A DNA stretch of 64,000 nt from a virus, in the IMG/VR virus record IMGVR_UViG_3300045988_138996, positions 160,001 to 224,000 of that record. One strand, written 5' to 3'. Shown here piece after piece: positions 1 through 10,264 of the stretch. The stretch's first letter is position 1, and each line of letters begins with the position of its first letter. The position numbers were made by a program, and so were the translations under genes. Below the pieces are notes generated by a model. It searched no databases and was not told the DNA's origin. It saw only the letters and a list, made by a program, of their open reading frames with translations.

Positions 1-11
1 TGGAGTTAATT

Positions 12-1028
12 ATGAGTATAAATTTTTATGAACTATCACGTTCGACATATGAAGAATATGAAATCGAAACGGAAAAGGAAGAAGAAGAAGGTTATGATAC
101 GTCTAACTTTAGCATCTTTAACGATAAGCTTAGCGGTCTAACAAAAGGATTTTATATCTTTGCCGGTGAATCTAATGGTGGTAAAACAGCTATTATGTCT
201 AATCTATTAAAAGATTATGGTACGACGGCTAAGAATAATTTATTCGCTATTTACTACACACTAGACGATACTGTCGGCGAAGTTATTCCAAGAATTATAG
301 CTATGGATCAGAATATTCCGATAGCTGTAGCAGCTAAGCCAAAACGTTATGAGAAGTTTGCAGCGATTACTCCGAGAACACCTGACGAAGAATTTAATAT
401 CGAACAAATTCGAGAACAATTACGACGTCGTAAAGAGGGTATTCAATTATTAAAGGAGCAGAGCCATCAATTTATGATGACCGACGGCACTAAATTGCAT
501 ACGTACGAAGATATCGTCGAACATGCAAAACAGGCTCAGGAGTTTGTCAAATCGCTCGACGACAAAAATAATATTATAATCGGTATCGACTCTATATCAG
601 ATATCCGTTACGCAAATAAAGATTTTAAAGACGTTAAGAATAAATATGAATGTCTATCTGAAGACCTTAAAAAGTTAGCTAACACTGATTTACAAATTCC
701 AGTATTCGGTACAGCTCATTTGCGTAAATTAAATCATGGTGGTCGTCCTAGCCTAGACGACTTAAAAGATTCAGTACGATTACAATATGATGCCAGCGTT
801 ACGTTCTTAGTCCATAACGACGTAAGTAAAAATAGCAATAGTGCTAAAGTATTTTATAATCGAGAAGGTAAAGAAGAAATTCAACCTATTATCGAAGTCC
901 ATTGGGCTAAGAATAAACGCAGTGAATTTAAAGGTCGTACATTCTATTATTTTATTCCAGAATATTCCAAAGTAACAGAATGTACGTTACAAGATAGTGA
1001 ACGTTTTAATAATATTATAAGAGGTTAA
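12..1028 (+). CDS. DnaB-like replicative helicase / RecA-fold ATPase (C-terminal-domain type)
   Basis: 338-aa ORF with GGAG upstream. Walker A GESNGGKT and Walker B-like IIIGIDSISD. Heads a replication cluster. Confidence 0.6.
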   Translation: MSINFYELSRSTYEEYEIETEKEEEEGYDTSNFSIFNDKLSGLTKGFYIFAGESNGGKTAIMSNLLKDYGTTAKNNLFAIYYTLDDTVGEVIPRIIAMDQNIPIAVAAKPKRYEKFAAITPRTPDEEFNIEQIREQLRRRKEGIQLLKEQSHQFMMTDGTKLHTYEDIVEHAKQAQEFVKSLDDKNNIIIGIDSISDIRYANKDFKDVKNKYECLSEDLKKLANTDLQIPVFGTAHLRKLNHGGRPSLDDLKDSVRLQYDASVTFLVHNDVSKNSNSAKVFYNREGKEEIQPIIEVHWAKNKRSEFKGRTFYYFIPEYSKVTECTLQDSERFNNIIRG

Positions 1029-1029
1029 A

Positions 1030-1500
1030 ATGTCTGAGACAGTATTAAGTCCATATCAAGTTTTCTATGACTATATGATGGAAAAAGTTAGTCATGTTCC
1101 GACAACTGTCGAACGAGAAAACTTTGTCGGTATTTGGATACCGGTATTAAAAACATTATGTGATGCTCGATTCGGTACACAGCCTGTCGTATTCGATATA
1201 TTAAAATTATCTCTAATGTATGCCGTTCGTCGTATCTTATTAGACGATATGACAATCGACAGCTATAAAGATTTGTTTAATGTACGTGATTATTTTAAAG
1301 ATTGTTTCGATACGTCAGATCTTCCTGAAGGAACAGATATGATATTCGAAGATTTTTGTATTAAAATCACTCAGTCATGCGAATCGTTATTAGGTCAAGA
1401 AACAGATGTCCCTTTATTACGTCCTAATTTAAGTAGTCCCGATCAATTATTTTATGAGTCATATAAAGTAGCATTGATGATTTATGAAAATAACAAGTAA
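1030..1500 (+). CDS. hypothetical protein
   Basis: 156-aa ORF starting 2 nt after the upstream stop. No recognisable motif. Confidence 0.5.
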   Translation: MSETVLSPYQVFYDYMMEKVSHVPTTVERENFVGIWIPVLKTLCDARFGTQPVVFDILKLSLMYAVRRILLDDMTIDSYKDLFNVRDYFKDCFDTSDLPEGTDMIFEDFCIKITQSCESLLGQETDVPLLRPNLSSPDQLFYESYKVALMIYENNK

Positions 1501-2182
1501 TCAATTTTTAGATTATCTTGATAGTCCTTGGTTCTATAATATAAAATATAATACACCCATTCCGATAGACGAGCGTACCATACGCTCGTCTTTGTTAAAG
1601 ATTGCGTATGTATTTTTAGGTAGTATTTATTCTAAAAATATTATCGGTATGCCTGAAATGTCTCAGCTCTTGGATAAAGAATTAGAAAATGCACCGCATC
1701 GTATTAAACCAAAAGATGTTATTAGTGGACTAGCAAGATTAGATAAATTATATAATTATTGTTCTTCTCAGGAAATTAATATTATTAGTATAGGCCATAT
1801 GCATACATTAACATTCGATGAAGGCGAGATCGAAGTCGATATCGGACCGATCGCTTATAAGAATGGTAAATATTTTTTATTCTATCCAGTATTCGATCAA
1901 ACATTTAATCAAGATAAATGTGATAGCGATATCAAATGTAGCCTAGACTGGAAAGCTGCATATGACGCCTTCGATTTTCAGTTAAGTGGTGTTATGTTTT
2001 ATTATCCTAAGACTAATAATACATTTATAGCATATCGTGATATTAGTTCAATCGAACGTCTTAATTTTATTGCTAATAATGTATTGAAAGGTATTGCTAA
2101 TAATATATACTTTCCAGTTCGAGAAGAATCGAGTAAGTGTCGATTTATCCCAGAGATATCTCGTACGTTTACCGGAAAGTAA
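1484..2182 (+). CDS. hypothetical protein
   Basis: 232-aa ORF overlapping the upstream gene by 17 nt, within the replication cluster. No motif recognised. Confidence 0.5.
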   Translation: MKITSNQFLDYLDSPWFYNIKYNTPIPIDERTIRSSLLKIAYVFLGSIYSKNIIGMPEMSQLLDKELENAPHRIKPKDVISGLARLDKLYNYCSSQEINIISIGHMHTLTFDEGEIEVDIGPIAYKNGKYFLFYPVFDQTFNQDKCDSDIKCSLDWKAAYDAFDFQLSGVMFYYPKTNNTFIAYRDISSIERLNFIANNVLKGIANNIYFPVREESSKCRFIPEISRTFTGK

Positions 2183-2187
2183 TATAC

Positions 2188-2721
2188 ATGCCTTATGAAA
2201 TAGACGGATGTAAATATAAAACAAAAGCTCTTCGTGATACACATATTCTTTGGAACGAATATAAAAAGAAAAAATTAATCAAGAGCTTTGAACTTCCACA
2301 AGTTAAAGATAAGATTAAGAAAAGCCGATACTTTTCATATAAGCCGTATGTCGATGATATTAAATTCGACAGCTTGATGGAAGCAAGTTATTATATTTAC
2401 TTAAAAGAAAAACTCAAGAAAAAAGAAATTCTTGGATTTGAACGGCAAGTAACGTATGAACTACAACCTGGTTTTAGAAAAAATGGTAAGAAAATTTTAC
2501 CAATTAATTATATAGCCGATTTCGTAATTACGAATCTTGATAAAAGTATTCGTGTTATCGATATTAAGGGTAAGGTTACTGTCGATTTCAATCTAAAGAA
2601 AAAATTATTTGAATATAAATATGAAGAGTTGAAACTCGAATGTTTACAATTTCACGATGGACAATGGATGTCTCTCGACGAAATTAAAAAATTAAAAAGA
2701 AAGACTAAAAAGAAAAAATAA
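2188..2721 (+). CDS. DUF1064-family PD-(D/E)XK-like endonuclease
   Basis: FDSLMEASYYIYLKEK...ELQPGF...ILPINYIADFVI...VIDIKG matches the DUF1064 layout. Start moved to ATG 2188 (MPYEIDG), just after the upstream stop. Confidence 0.7.
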   Translation: MPYEIDGCKYKTKALRDTHILWNEYKKKKLIKSFELPQVKDKIKKSRYFSYKPYVDDIKFDSLMEASYYIYLKEKLKKKEILGFERQVTYELQPGFRKNGKKILPINYIADFVITNLDKSIRVIDIKGKVTVDFNLKKKLFEYKYEELKLECLQFHDGQWMSLDEIKKLKRKTKKKK

Positions 2722-3554
2722 TGTCCGAACGTAAAATATTAGACGGACAAAGAGAAGCTTGGGAAGAAGTCGATTCATTAGTATTAGAATGCCAAAGTCA
2801 TAATACTGATCCTCGACGTCGAGATGAATTATTACAAGAACTATTAATTCGATTTGAACCATTCTTAAATATGTTCCGTGATCTATTATTAGAAGATAAA
2901 ATTTATCTTAATAATAAAGTATCGCGAGAATTTATCGGATTATATATTGCTAATAAATATTTACGATCTAAAGTATTTAAAAATTGGCATCTTAATAAAG
3001 ATGAATATGCCGAAGTAAATCGTAGCTTAAGTTTGATTCGTGACAACTATGCTAAACAATGCGATGTCGAACAAGATTTAAAAACATTGTTTTCGACTAT
3101 GGTTATGAAGTATAAAAAAACGAATCGTAGCTTTAATGCATATTTAACATATGTATTCCGCTACGAACTGTTTAGATTTATTCAAGCCCATCTTAAAGAT
3201 CGTATCAATAATTCATACGATCGTTCCGATATGAACGATATTGGCGTGAGTAATTTGTCTTCATTAACGATGCATAAAGCTGATCTTCTCGATCAAATTG
3301 TTGTTGACGATGACGGGAACTTTAGCGAATTATGGATTAACGGTGAAGTATGTAATGATTTGTTTTCACATCTTACCCCAACAGAACGTTTAATATTAGC
3401 TATGGTATATGCAGAAAATGCTAAGCCAGTCGAAATAGCTAATAAGATCGGAGTCGATATTCAGACGTATCGTAAGATTCGTCGTGGCGCTTTAAATAAG
3501 CTGGAAAAGCTTACGGGTAAAGATATCAATCGACGCAAAAAAAGAAACGAGTAG
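2721..3554 (+). CDS. sigma-70-family-like transcription factor
   Basis: C-terminal region-4-like HTH: TERLILAMVYAENAKPVEIANKIGVDIQTYRKIRRGALNKLEKL. Region-2-like FNAYLTYVFRYELFRFIQ. Confidence 0.6.
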   Translation: MSERKILDGQREAWEEVDSLVLECQSHNTDPRRRDELLQELLIRFEPFLNMFRDLLLEDKIYLNNKVSREFIGLYIANKYLRSKVFKNWHLNKDEYAEVNRSLSLIRDNYAKQCDVEQDLKTLFSTMVMKYKKTNRSFNAYLTYVFRYELFRFIQAHLKDRINNSYDRSDMNDIGVSNLSSLTMHKADLLDQIVVDDDGNFSELWINGEVCNDLFSHLTPTERLILAMVYAENAKPVEIANKIGVDIQTYRKIRRGALNKLEKLTGKDINRRKKRNE

Positions 3555-3575
3555 CGAAAGCTACTCGCTTTTTTT
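3548..3575 (+). terminator. rho-independent terminator
   Basis: CGAGTAGC-GAAA-GCTACTCG stem-loop followed by CTTTTTTT, overlapping the sigma-like gene stop. Confidence 0.7.
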
Positions 3576-3614
3576 ATGTCTATATGTTATAATAATAAAG
3601 AAAGGTGGTTACTT

Positions 3615-5282
3615 ATGATAGGTAAAGATAAGTACAGATCTCGCTTAAAAGTTGATGATTTAGTCGCCCAAATTTTGGAATTAAAACAAATTCCGTTAGA
3701 CGACGCATATAATATCTTATATGATCAAGATAAAATCATTAACATCGATGAAACTAACGAGATTATTAATATTAACGAAGCTGCGTCCTTATTCGTTGAT
3801 TATTTAAAACAAGGACGCGATATTTTTGTTTATGCCGACTATGATGTCGACGGCATGACAAGTGGCACTATAATGAAACGCTTTTTAGCACAATTTAAAA
3901 ATTATAGTGAAGTATACTTTCCAGAACGTAGTGATGGTTATGGCTTAAGTATTGACTTTATTGAAAAGATTAACGAACGATATAAATGTCAATTAAAGCC
4001 ATTAGTTATTACGGTTGATAATGGTATTACTAAAGTCGAAGAAACTGAACTTTGTAAAAAATACAATATACCAATTATTATTACTGATCATCACTTACCG
4101 CAAGAAGTGTTACCCGATACAATAATTGTCGATCAACATATTACCGAAAGTGATCATTGGGCAAAAGCTTTATGTGGTGCTGAAGTAGCTTTATATTTCT
4201 GCCGAGCTATCGAACGAGCATTAGGCTATAATTATTATCATACGAATAAATTGATTTATTTGGCAGCTATCGGAGCCATTGCCGACGTAATGCCTATGGC
4301 AAGTATCATAAATCAAGCAATCGTGCAAAAAGGTTTTAAACAAATTAATGAAGGCAATGTACCGAATACACTAAGACAATTCGTTAAGAATATGGGTTCG
4401 CCTCGAATGAATAGTGAATTCGTATCTTGGGATTTAGCTCCTCGTCTTAATAGCTGTGCTCGATTATTCGATATTAAATCTTCGATTGAATTATTAGATA
4501 TTAGTGAAGATGCAGAAGACGTATGTAATAATGTCGAAGCATACAATAATCAACGTAAAGAGCTAACTAAAGAATATACCGATATTATTAAGAAAGCTTA
4601 TAACGAAAGTTATGATGAAAACTGTAATATTGCACTAGTTGCTTTAGACTATGCTCCATTAGGCATACTTGGTATATTAGCCGGTAAGTTAGAAGACTAT
4701 AGCGGACTGCCTTCGTTTGTCGGTATCGATGATCAAGAGCAATTAATTCATGGTTCCGCACGAAGTAATTCATATCCACTAAATGTATTATTAGCTAACG
4801 ATGAAAATGTATATTCATTTGGTGGACATGCGGCCGCTTGTGGCTTTGCTATTTATAATGATAAAGTCGAAGAATTTAAACAATCGTTAACTGATAAAAT
4901 TAATGAATTAAATAAACATGCTGTTGTCGAATCAGTTCGTAGCAAACCAGAAGAACTTATTTATTTTACGTTATCTGATTTAACGAAAGAAGCATATAAT
5001 TCGTTTTATTTATTTGCTTATGATAACGTATCGTTTGAAAAACCTAAAATCTGTATTAAAGATTTAACGATTACGTCAATAAGCATAAGTAAGAATAACG
5101 ATAAGAATATTAAGTATACGTTATTCGACGGTAAGAAACAAATTGATTTCTGGCATTGGGGCACTGGAGATCTTGGCTTTAGACAAGGAGACAGGGTTCG
5201 TATTATTGGTGATATAACTAAGAATTTCATGAAGCCTAAGTTATATACGTTACGAATCGATAAGATTATTAAGGAGGAATAA
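3615..5282 (+). CDS. recJ: RecJ-like ssDNA exonuclease (DHH/DHHA1)
   Basis: DHH-family motifs in order: ADYDVDGMTSG, ITVDNG, IIITDHH, GGHAAACGF. Start set at ATG 3615 after AAAGGTGG. Confidence 0.85.
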   Translation: MIGKDKYRSRLKVDDLVAQILELKQIPLDDAYNILYDQDKIINIDETNEIININEAASLFVDYLKQGRDIFVYADYDVDGMTSGTIMKRFLAQFKNYSEVYFPERSDGYGLSIDFIEKINERYKCQLKPLVITVDNGITKVEETELCKKYNIPIIITDHHLPQEVLPDTIIVDQHITESDHWAKALCGAEVALYFCRAIERALGYNYYHTNKLIYLAAIGAIADVMPMASIINQAIVQKGFKQINEGNVPNTLRQFVKNMGSPRMNSEFVSWDLAPRLNSCARLFDIKSSIELLDISEDAEDVCNNVEAYNNQRKELTKEYTDIIKKAYNESYDENCNIALVALDYAPLGILGILAGKLEDYSGLPSFVGIDDQEQLIHGSARSNSYPLNVLLANDENVYSFGGHAAACGFAIYNDKVEEFKQSLTDKINELNKHAVVESVRSKPEELIYFTLSDLTKEAYNSFYLFAYDNVSFEKPKICIKDLTITSISISKNNDKNIKYTLFDGKKQIDFWHWGTGDLGFRQGDRVRIIGDITKNFMKPKLYTLRIDKIIKEE

Positions 5283-5284
5283 TC

Positions 5285-8200
5285 ATGTTTACACATTTAC
5301 ATGTGCATACAGCATATAGCTTTTTAGATGGCTATTGTCATATACCTAAATTAGTATCGAGAGCAAAAGAATTAGGTATGACAAGTTTAGCTATTACCGA
5401 CCATAATCATATGGGCGGCATTTATGAATTTCAAAAAGAATGTAAAAAACAAGGTATTAAACCAATTCTAGGATTCGAAGGTTATCAAACTTGGAATGCT
5501 GAAGAATTAGCTAAGGATGTTGATAGTCGTTGGGCCGATGCAGCTATCGATGCTTTCCGAAAAGGCGTCGTTACCGAAGAAGAAGCACAAGCTGTTATCA
5601 CGAAGAAAAAAGGCTTTAAAGGTATTAAAGAAGTTAAAGAACGCATTAAATCCTTTATGTATGATACTCGCCAATATCATTTAATTTTATTAGCAATGAA
5701 CCAAACCGGTTTAAATAATCTAATAAAATTACAAAGTGAAGCGGCTAAAGTTTGTACATATAACGGACGGTTCTTATTCGATATGAGAATGCTTCGTAAA
5801 TATAGCGAAGGTGTTATTTGTACGACGGCATGTGTTGCTAATATCGTAGCTAAAACTTTTAATAAGGGCGATCGACAATTGGCCGAAACTTTATTAAAAG
5901 AATATAAAGATATTTTTAAAGATCGATTTTATTTAGAAGTACAACCTAATAATTTTAACGATCAAGTTAATGTTAATAATTTTTATATGGAAATGCATGA
6001 CAAATATGATATTCCTTTAATAGCTACTAGCGATGTACATTATGTGCTAAAAACAGATAATAAAGATCATGACGTATTAGTATCTATCGGTACTGGTACT
6101 GATATATATAATCCTAATCGAATGAAATATGATCATAACTATTGGCTTAAAAGTGAAGAAGAAATGCAAGCTGGTTTTAAAGATATACTTAATAAAACCG
6201 AAACCGATCGTGAAACAGCTTTAAAAAAATATGCTTTATATCTTGAAGCTATGAACAATACACAAGTTATTGCTAACATGATTGAAGACGTGACGTTAGG
6301 TAGTTCGACTCCGTTAATGCCAAAGCTTCCTAATTCTAATAATACTAAAAAAGAATTGCGTGAACTTGCTTATAAAGGGTTATATGAATTAGCTAAACGT
6401 TATAAATATATTGCTGATGATATTGTTAATTATGAAAAACGATTGGCTTATGAATTAAATATTATTAACTATAAAGATTTCGCTGATTATATGTTAATCG
6501 TTCGTGAGTATATTAACTGGGCCGATAATAATGGTGTAATGACTGGGCCTGGTCGTGGATCGGCCTGTGGAAGCCTTGTTTTATGGTGTATTGGAATAAC
6601 AAAAAATATCGACCCTATCAAGTATGATTTATTATTTGGTCGTTTTTTAACTATTGATAGAACGGGACTTCCTGACGTAGACGCAGATTTTAGCTATTTT
6701 GGTCGTGATAAAGTTATTGAACATATTAAAGATTTATACGGCTTTGAGAATGTAGCACATATTGGTACATATACACAACAAGGTGTTAAATCTGGTTTGA
6801 AAGATGTTGGACGTGCTTTAAAAATTCCGTTTGAAAAAATGAATTTATTAAGTAAACAAATTGATGATTTTGAAGATGTCGTACCACCACAACCTAAGTT
6901 TAAAGATTACGATTCCTTAAAAGATGGCAACGAAAGTGAAAAATCTTTATATAAAAAATGGCAAAAATTAGAATCTGAAAATAAAGAATTATTCAGATTA
7001 GCTCGTAATTTTGAAGGTCTTAAACGTAACTTTGGTGTTCATGCTTCTGGTGTACTAGCTATGCCTTGTCGTGTCGACGATTATTTCCCGACACGTACTG
7101 ATGAAAATGGTGTTATGATTACATTATTTACCGGCGTTGAATGTGAAGAATTAGGTACGGCGAAACTCGATATTCTTGGATTAAAAACATTATCGATTAT
7201 CGAAAAAACACTCGACCATCTTCATAAAGATGTTGATTGGCTATATGATAATTTTGATATTGAAGATAAAAAATTATATCAAATGTTAGCTTGTGCTAAA
7301 TCAGATTGTATATTTCAATTGGAATCTGATATGTTTAAAGATTATCTTCAAGAAATGAAGCCAACATGTTTCGATGATATAGCAGCTACAACAGCGTTGC
7401 TCCGACCGGGGCCTTTGTCTGCAGGCATGCATCATCAATATGCAAAACGTAAACAAGGTTTAGAAAAAAATGAATTACCGTTGCGAGGTATTGAAAATAT
7501 TTTAGATAAAACATATGGTGTAATTCCTTATCAAGAAAACGTAATGCAAATATCTAAACAGGTTTCTGGATTCGATGATAACCAAGCTGATTCAATTGTG
7601 CGCAAGACGGTAGCTAAAAAGAAAGTAAGTATGTTCCCAATGATGATTCGTTGTCATATTTATGGCAAGAAAAATTGTGAAGGCCCTGAAGGTTGGGAAA
7701 ATAATAATGAATTACCGTGGTATGATCCTAAAGGTAAATATGGACCTGAAATTAAAGGTGCTATTGCTAATGGATATACAGCTAAAGAAATGAATGACTA
7801 TTTTGATGCCATTATGGGGTTTGTGGCATACGCTTTCAACAAGAGTCATGCCGTAGCTTATTCATTTACTAGCATGTTAACAACATGGTTAAAATTATAT
7901 TATCCGGTAGAATTCTATTCAGCATTCTTATCGATGCAAGCTACCGAAGATTTATTACGTTACATTCCGATGATTAGAAAGGAAGGTATCGATGTCAAAG
8001 TTCCGGACATCAATATATCTAATCGGGATTTTACTCCTGATGGAAATAATATCCTATTTGGTCTTGGGTCCATCAAAGGTGTTGGTGAAGCTTCTATCCC
8101 AGCTATTGTAGATAATAGACCATATACTTCATTAGAAGATGTATTAGACAAAATAGGTAAAAAAGCTTTTAATAAACGTGTTGGTGAAGCATTGATTATG

Positions 8201-8632
8201 TCGGGTGCTTTTAATAATTATAAGACTAACCGTAATGAGCTGTTAAATGAATTTCATGAAATACGTAAAGATAAAAAAATCGAGATATTAGATGTCGACA
8301 ATTTTAACGAAGACGTAATTATGGATTATGAAATGCAATCATTAAGTTGCCCGGTAACATGCACTCCAGAATGGTTTGATTATGAAGACGGTTACGATGT
8401 ATTTAAAGTACCGATTAAGATTATGAAGATCGATGAACGCAAAGACCGTAAAGGCAATCTTATGGCATTCTGTGAAGGCGATGTCGGTGGCGGTGTTACG
8501 ATCGAACTTATTATTTTTAGTTCGATATATACAGCCAACCTCGGAATTATTCGAGCAGGACATACTGCTTTATTTGATGGCGAGAAACAATCGAACGCTA
8601 AATTAAAAGTTAAAAAAGTAAGCTTGTCTTAA
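5285..8632 (+). CDS. dnaE: DNA polymerase III alpha subunit (DnaE type)
   Basis: 1115 aa. N-terminal PHP domain HLHVHTAYSFLDG...ITDHNHM. GPGRGSACGSLV, KLDILGLKTL, FQLES and YAFNKSHAVAYS signatures. Confidence 0.9.
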   Translation: MFTHLHVHTAYSFLDGYCHIPKLVSRAKELGMTSLAITDHNHMGGIYEFQKECKKQGIKPILGFEGYQTWNAEELAKDVDSRWADAAIDAFRKGVVTEEEAQAVITKKKGFKGIKEVKERIKSFMYDTRQYHLILLAMNQTGLNNLIKLQSEAAKVCTYNGRFLFDMRMLRKYSEGVICTTACVANIVAKTFNKGDRQLAETLLKEYKDIFKDRFYLEVQPNNFNDQVNVNNFYMEMHDKYDIPLIATSDVHYVLKTDNKDHDVLVSIGTGTDIYNPNRMKYDHNYWLKSEEEMQAGFKDILNKTETDRETALKKYALYLEAMNNTQVIANMIEDVTLGSSTPLMPKLPNSNNTKKELRELAYKGLYELAKRYKYIADDIVNYEKRLAYELNIINYKDFADYMLIVREYINWADNNGVMTGPGRGSACGSLVLWCIGITKNIDPIKYDLLFGRFLTIDRTGLPDVDADFSYFGRDKVIEHIKDLYGFENVAHIGTYTQQGVKSGLKDVGRALKIPFEKMNLLSKQIDDFEDVVPPQPKFKDYDSLKDGNESEKSLYKKWQKLESENKELFRLARNFEGLKRNFGVHASGVLAMPCRVDDYFPTRTDENGVMITLFTGVECEELGTAKLDILGLKTLSIIEKTLDHLHKDVDWLYDNFDIEDKKLYQMLACAKSDCIFQLESDMFKDYLQEMKPTCFDDIAATTALLRPGPLSAGMHHQYAKRKQGLEKNELPLRGIENILDKTYGVIPYQENVMQISKQVSGFDDNQADSIVRKTVAKKKVSMFPMMIRCHIYGKKNCEGPEGWENNNELPWYDPKGKYGPEIKGAIANGYTAKEMNDYFDAIMGFVAYAFNKSHAVAYSFTSMLTTWLKLYYPVEFYSAFLSMQATEDLLRYIPMIRKEGIDVKVPDINISNRDFTPDGNNILFGLGSIKGVGEASIPAIVDNRPYTSLEDVLDKIGKKAFNKRVGEALIMSGAFNNYKTNRNELLNEFHEIRKDKKIEILDVDNFNEDVIMDYEMQSLSCPVTCTPEWFDYEDGYDVFKVPIKIMKIDERKDRKGNLMAFCEGDVGGGVTIELIIFSSIYTANLGIIRAGHTALFDGEKQSNAKLKVKKVSLS

Positions 8633-8650
8633 TGACAAGCTCTTTTTTTT
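8621..8650 (+). terminator. rho-independent terminator
   Basis: AGCTTGTC-TTAAT-GACAAGCT followed by a run of 9 T. Confidence 0.7.
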
Positions 8651-8653
8651 GTT

Positions 8654-8664
8654 TGTAATATAAT
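8654..8664 (+). promoter_or_regulatory. possible late-operon promoter element TGTAATATAAT
   Basis: Lies just after the terminator and contains a perfect TATAAT. The same 9-mer TGTAATATA recurs at 28535 before the other fibre operon. Both leaders share CGAAA(A)GGACAT at the RBS. Confidence 0.35.
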
Positions 8665-8714
8665 TTTGTAAATTAGATATTTTTTTGTAAAATTAACGAA
8701 AAGGACATTTAATT

Positions 8715-9458
8715 ATGGCTGATATAAAAGGTAAAGTTCTTGTCGAGAATGGTACTGGCGGTAAGGATTTATTTAATCCGAGTACGACAGCCGATCAAGT
8801 CGTATTTAGCGACGGTGAAACTCTCGAACAGAAATTTAAAAAATGGATCCCAAAGCATGCGATTCTTTCCGATCGTTCCGGTAATTCTGACCGAAGCGAT
8901 TTGAGTGAAGATACTCGTAAGTTTATGGGTCATCCTGTCGAAGATTTTTTATTGCGTGATGAATTGTTGACGACATTAACGAAAGCTGCCGATACAAATT
9001 GTTGGAAGCAAAGTGTTAATAGTGTTGCCGATTTATTCACGACATATCCTGATGCAGTATTAGGTGATATTGCTGCAGTTAACGGTGGCGATACAGCCGG
9101 TTCTATTTATCGTTTTAATGGTACTGACTGGGAGATTTTAGTTAGAAATGGAAAAAGTATTTTACCTAATGCTGTTGTTGATAAAATTAATCAAAGCATT
9201 GTTCTTCAGAAAATAGAATTTGGCTCTAATAAATGGGTTAAGAATGGTACCGATGATTATCAACTTATATTAGAACTGCCAAATGCTGAAGTTGTTAAAG
9301 TCGTAATCTACGACGGACAAATTAAAAAAGCTTCGACAATTACTTCTGAAGTTACAGATTCTCAAGTATTGTTACGAAGCGTATATCCTGAACGTGGATA
9401 TGTTTTATATTATAATACTCAAACAAGTAATGTTATTGAACATGGTGATACTGTATGA
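8715..9458 (+). CDS. putative virion structural protein
   Basis: 247-aa ORF heading the fibre gene block. No specific motif. Confidence 0.5.
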   Translation: MADIKGKVLVENGTGGKDLFNPSTTADQVVFSDGETLEQKFKKWIPKHAILSDRSGNSDRSDLSEDTRKFMGHPVEDFLLRDELLTTLTKAADTNCWKQSVNSVADLFTTYPDAVLGDIAAVNGGDTAGSIYRFNGTDWEILVRNGKSILPNAVVDKINQSIVLQKIEFGSNKWVKNGTDDYQLILELPNAEVVKVVIYDGQIKKASTITSEVTDSQVLLRSVYPERGYVLYYNTQTSNVIEHGDTV

Positions 9459-10252
9459 TTCAAAAATTAATTCAGCAAATTGGCTTACAAAAAATAAATG
9501 CCAAGATTAATGAATTCGATGCTGAAATTAATAGACTTAAAGAAGTATTTGCTAATAAACCGACTCGAGAAAACATTGGTAGTTATATTGAAAATGCTAT
9601 ACGAGATATTCGTAATGCTATTAAGAATGCTAAAGATAATTTAGCGGCTGCCATCGAATTAATAAAAAATAAAATTAAATTATATTATACGAAAGATGAA
9701 AGCGATGCTTTATTCGACCGGATACAAGACTTAAATAATTTTTTATTAAAAGATCAAAATATTACATTACGTAAAAATTTAAATATCGGTAAATCTATTG
9801 AATTAAATAATACCTCTGGTCCAGTTATTACATTTCCAGACGGTTCTTTAGAAATTCGTCCCGGTGTTTTAAAAGTAACGAATAATGGTAATAACGTATT
9901 TGAAATACGTGATAATGTTGTATATAATAATGGACAAGAAGTCGTTACAGGTATTTCTAGAATTAGTCCAGGTAACTGGATTGAACTACCTAATAGTCGT
10001 AATTTAGGCGTCGGACAATCTGTATATTATGGCGATGCTGTTAATGACGATGCTAATCAATTATTAATTCTTATGAAATATACAGATAGAATTGATAATG
10101 ATCATATGTATATTGATCATGTATTAATAGAATTGTCGTTAGGTGTTCAACGATATGCTCCAGCATATTGTACTATTAATTTAGCAAATAATTATATTAA
10201 ATTAGAATCGGCCAAATGGAACGGTACAATTCATAAAGTATTTTATCGATAA
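9455..10252 (+). CDS. fibre-like protein, paralog 1 of 6
   Basis: N-terminal helical KINEFDAEINRLKEVF. Ends ...KVFYR. Shares this architecture with the next five ORFs. Confidence 0.55.
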   Translation: MIQKLIQQIGLQKINAKINEFDAEINRLKEVFANKPTRENIGSYIENAIRDIRNAIKNAKDNLAAAIELIKNKIKLYYTKDESDALFDRIQDLNNFLLKDQNITLRKNLNIGKSIELNNTSGPVITFPDGSLEIRPGVLKVTNNGNNVFEIRDNVVYNNGQEVVTGISRISPGNWIELPNSRNLGVGQSVYYGDAVNDDANQLLILMKYTDRIDNDHMYIDHVLIELSLGVQRYAPAYCTINLANNYIKLESAKWNGTIHKVFYR

Positions 10253-10264
10253 GGAGATATATTC

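Noticed and set aside
2002-2244. Two minus-strand ORFs (80 and 64 aa) across the 1484/2188 gene junction
   Set aside because: They are antisense to supported + strand genes, with no RBS and low-complexity products.
8666-8693. Possible sigma-70 promoter TTGTAA-16 nt-TAAAAT upstream of the first fibre operon
   Set aside because: The hexamers are weak, and in DNA this AT-rich such matches are expected by chance. I kept only the TGTAATATA box shared with the 28535 leader, and that at low confidence.
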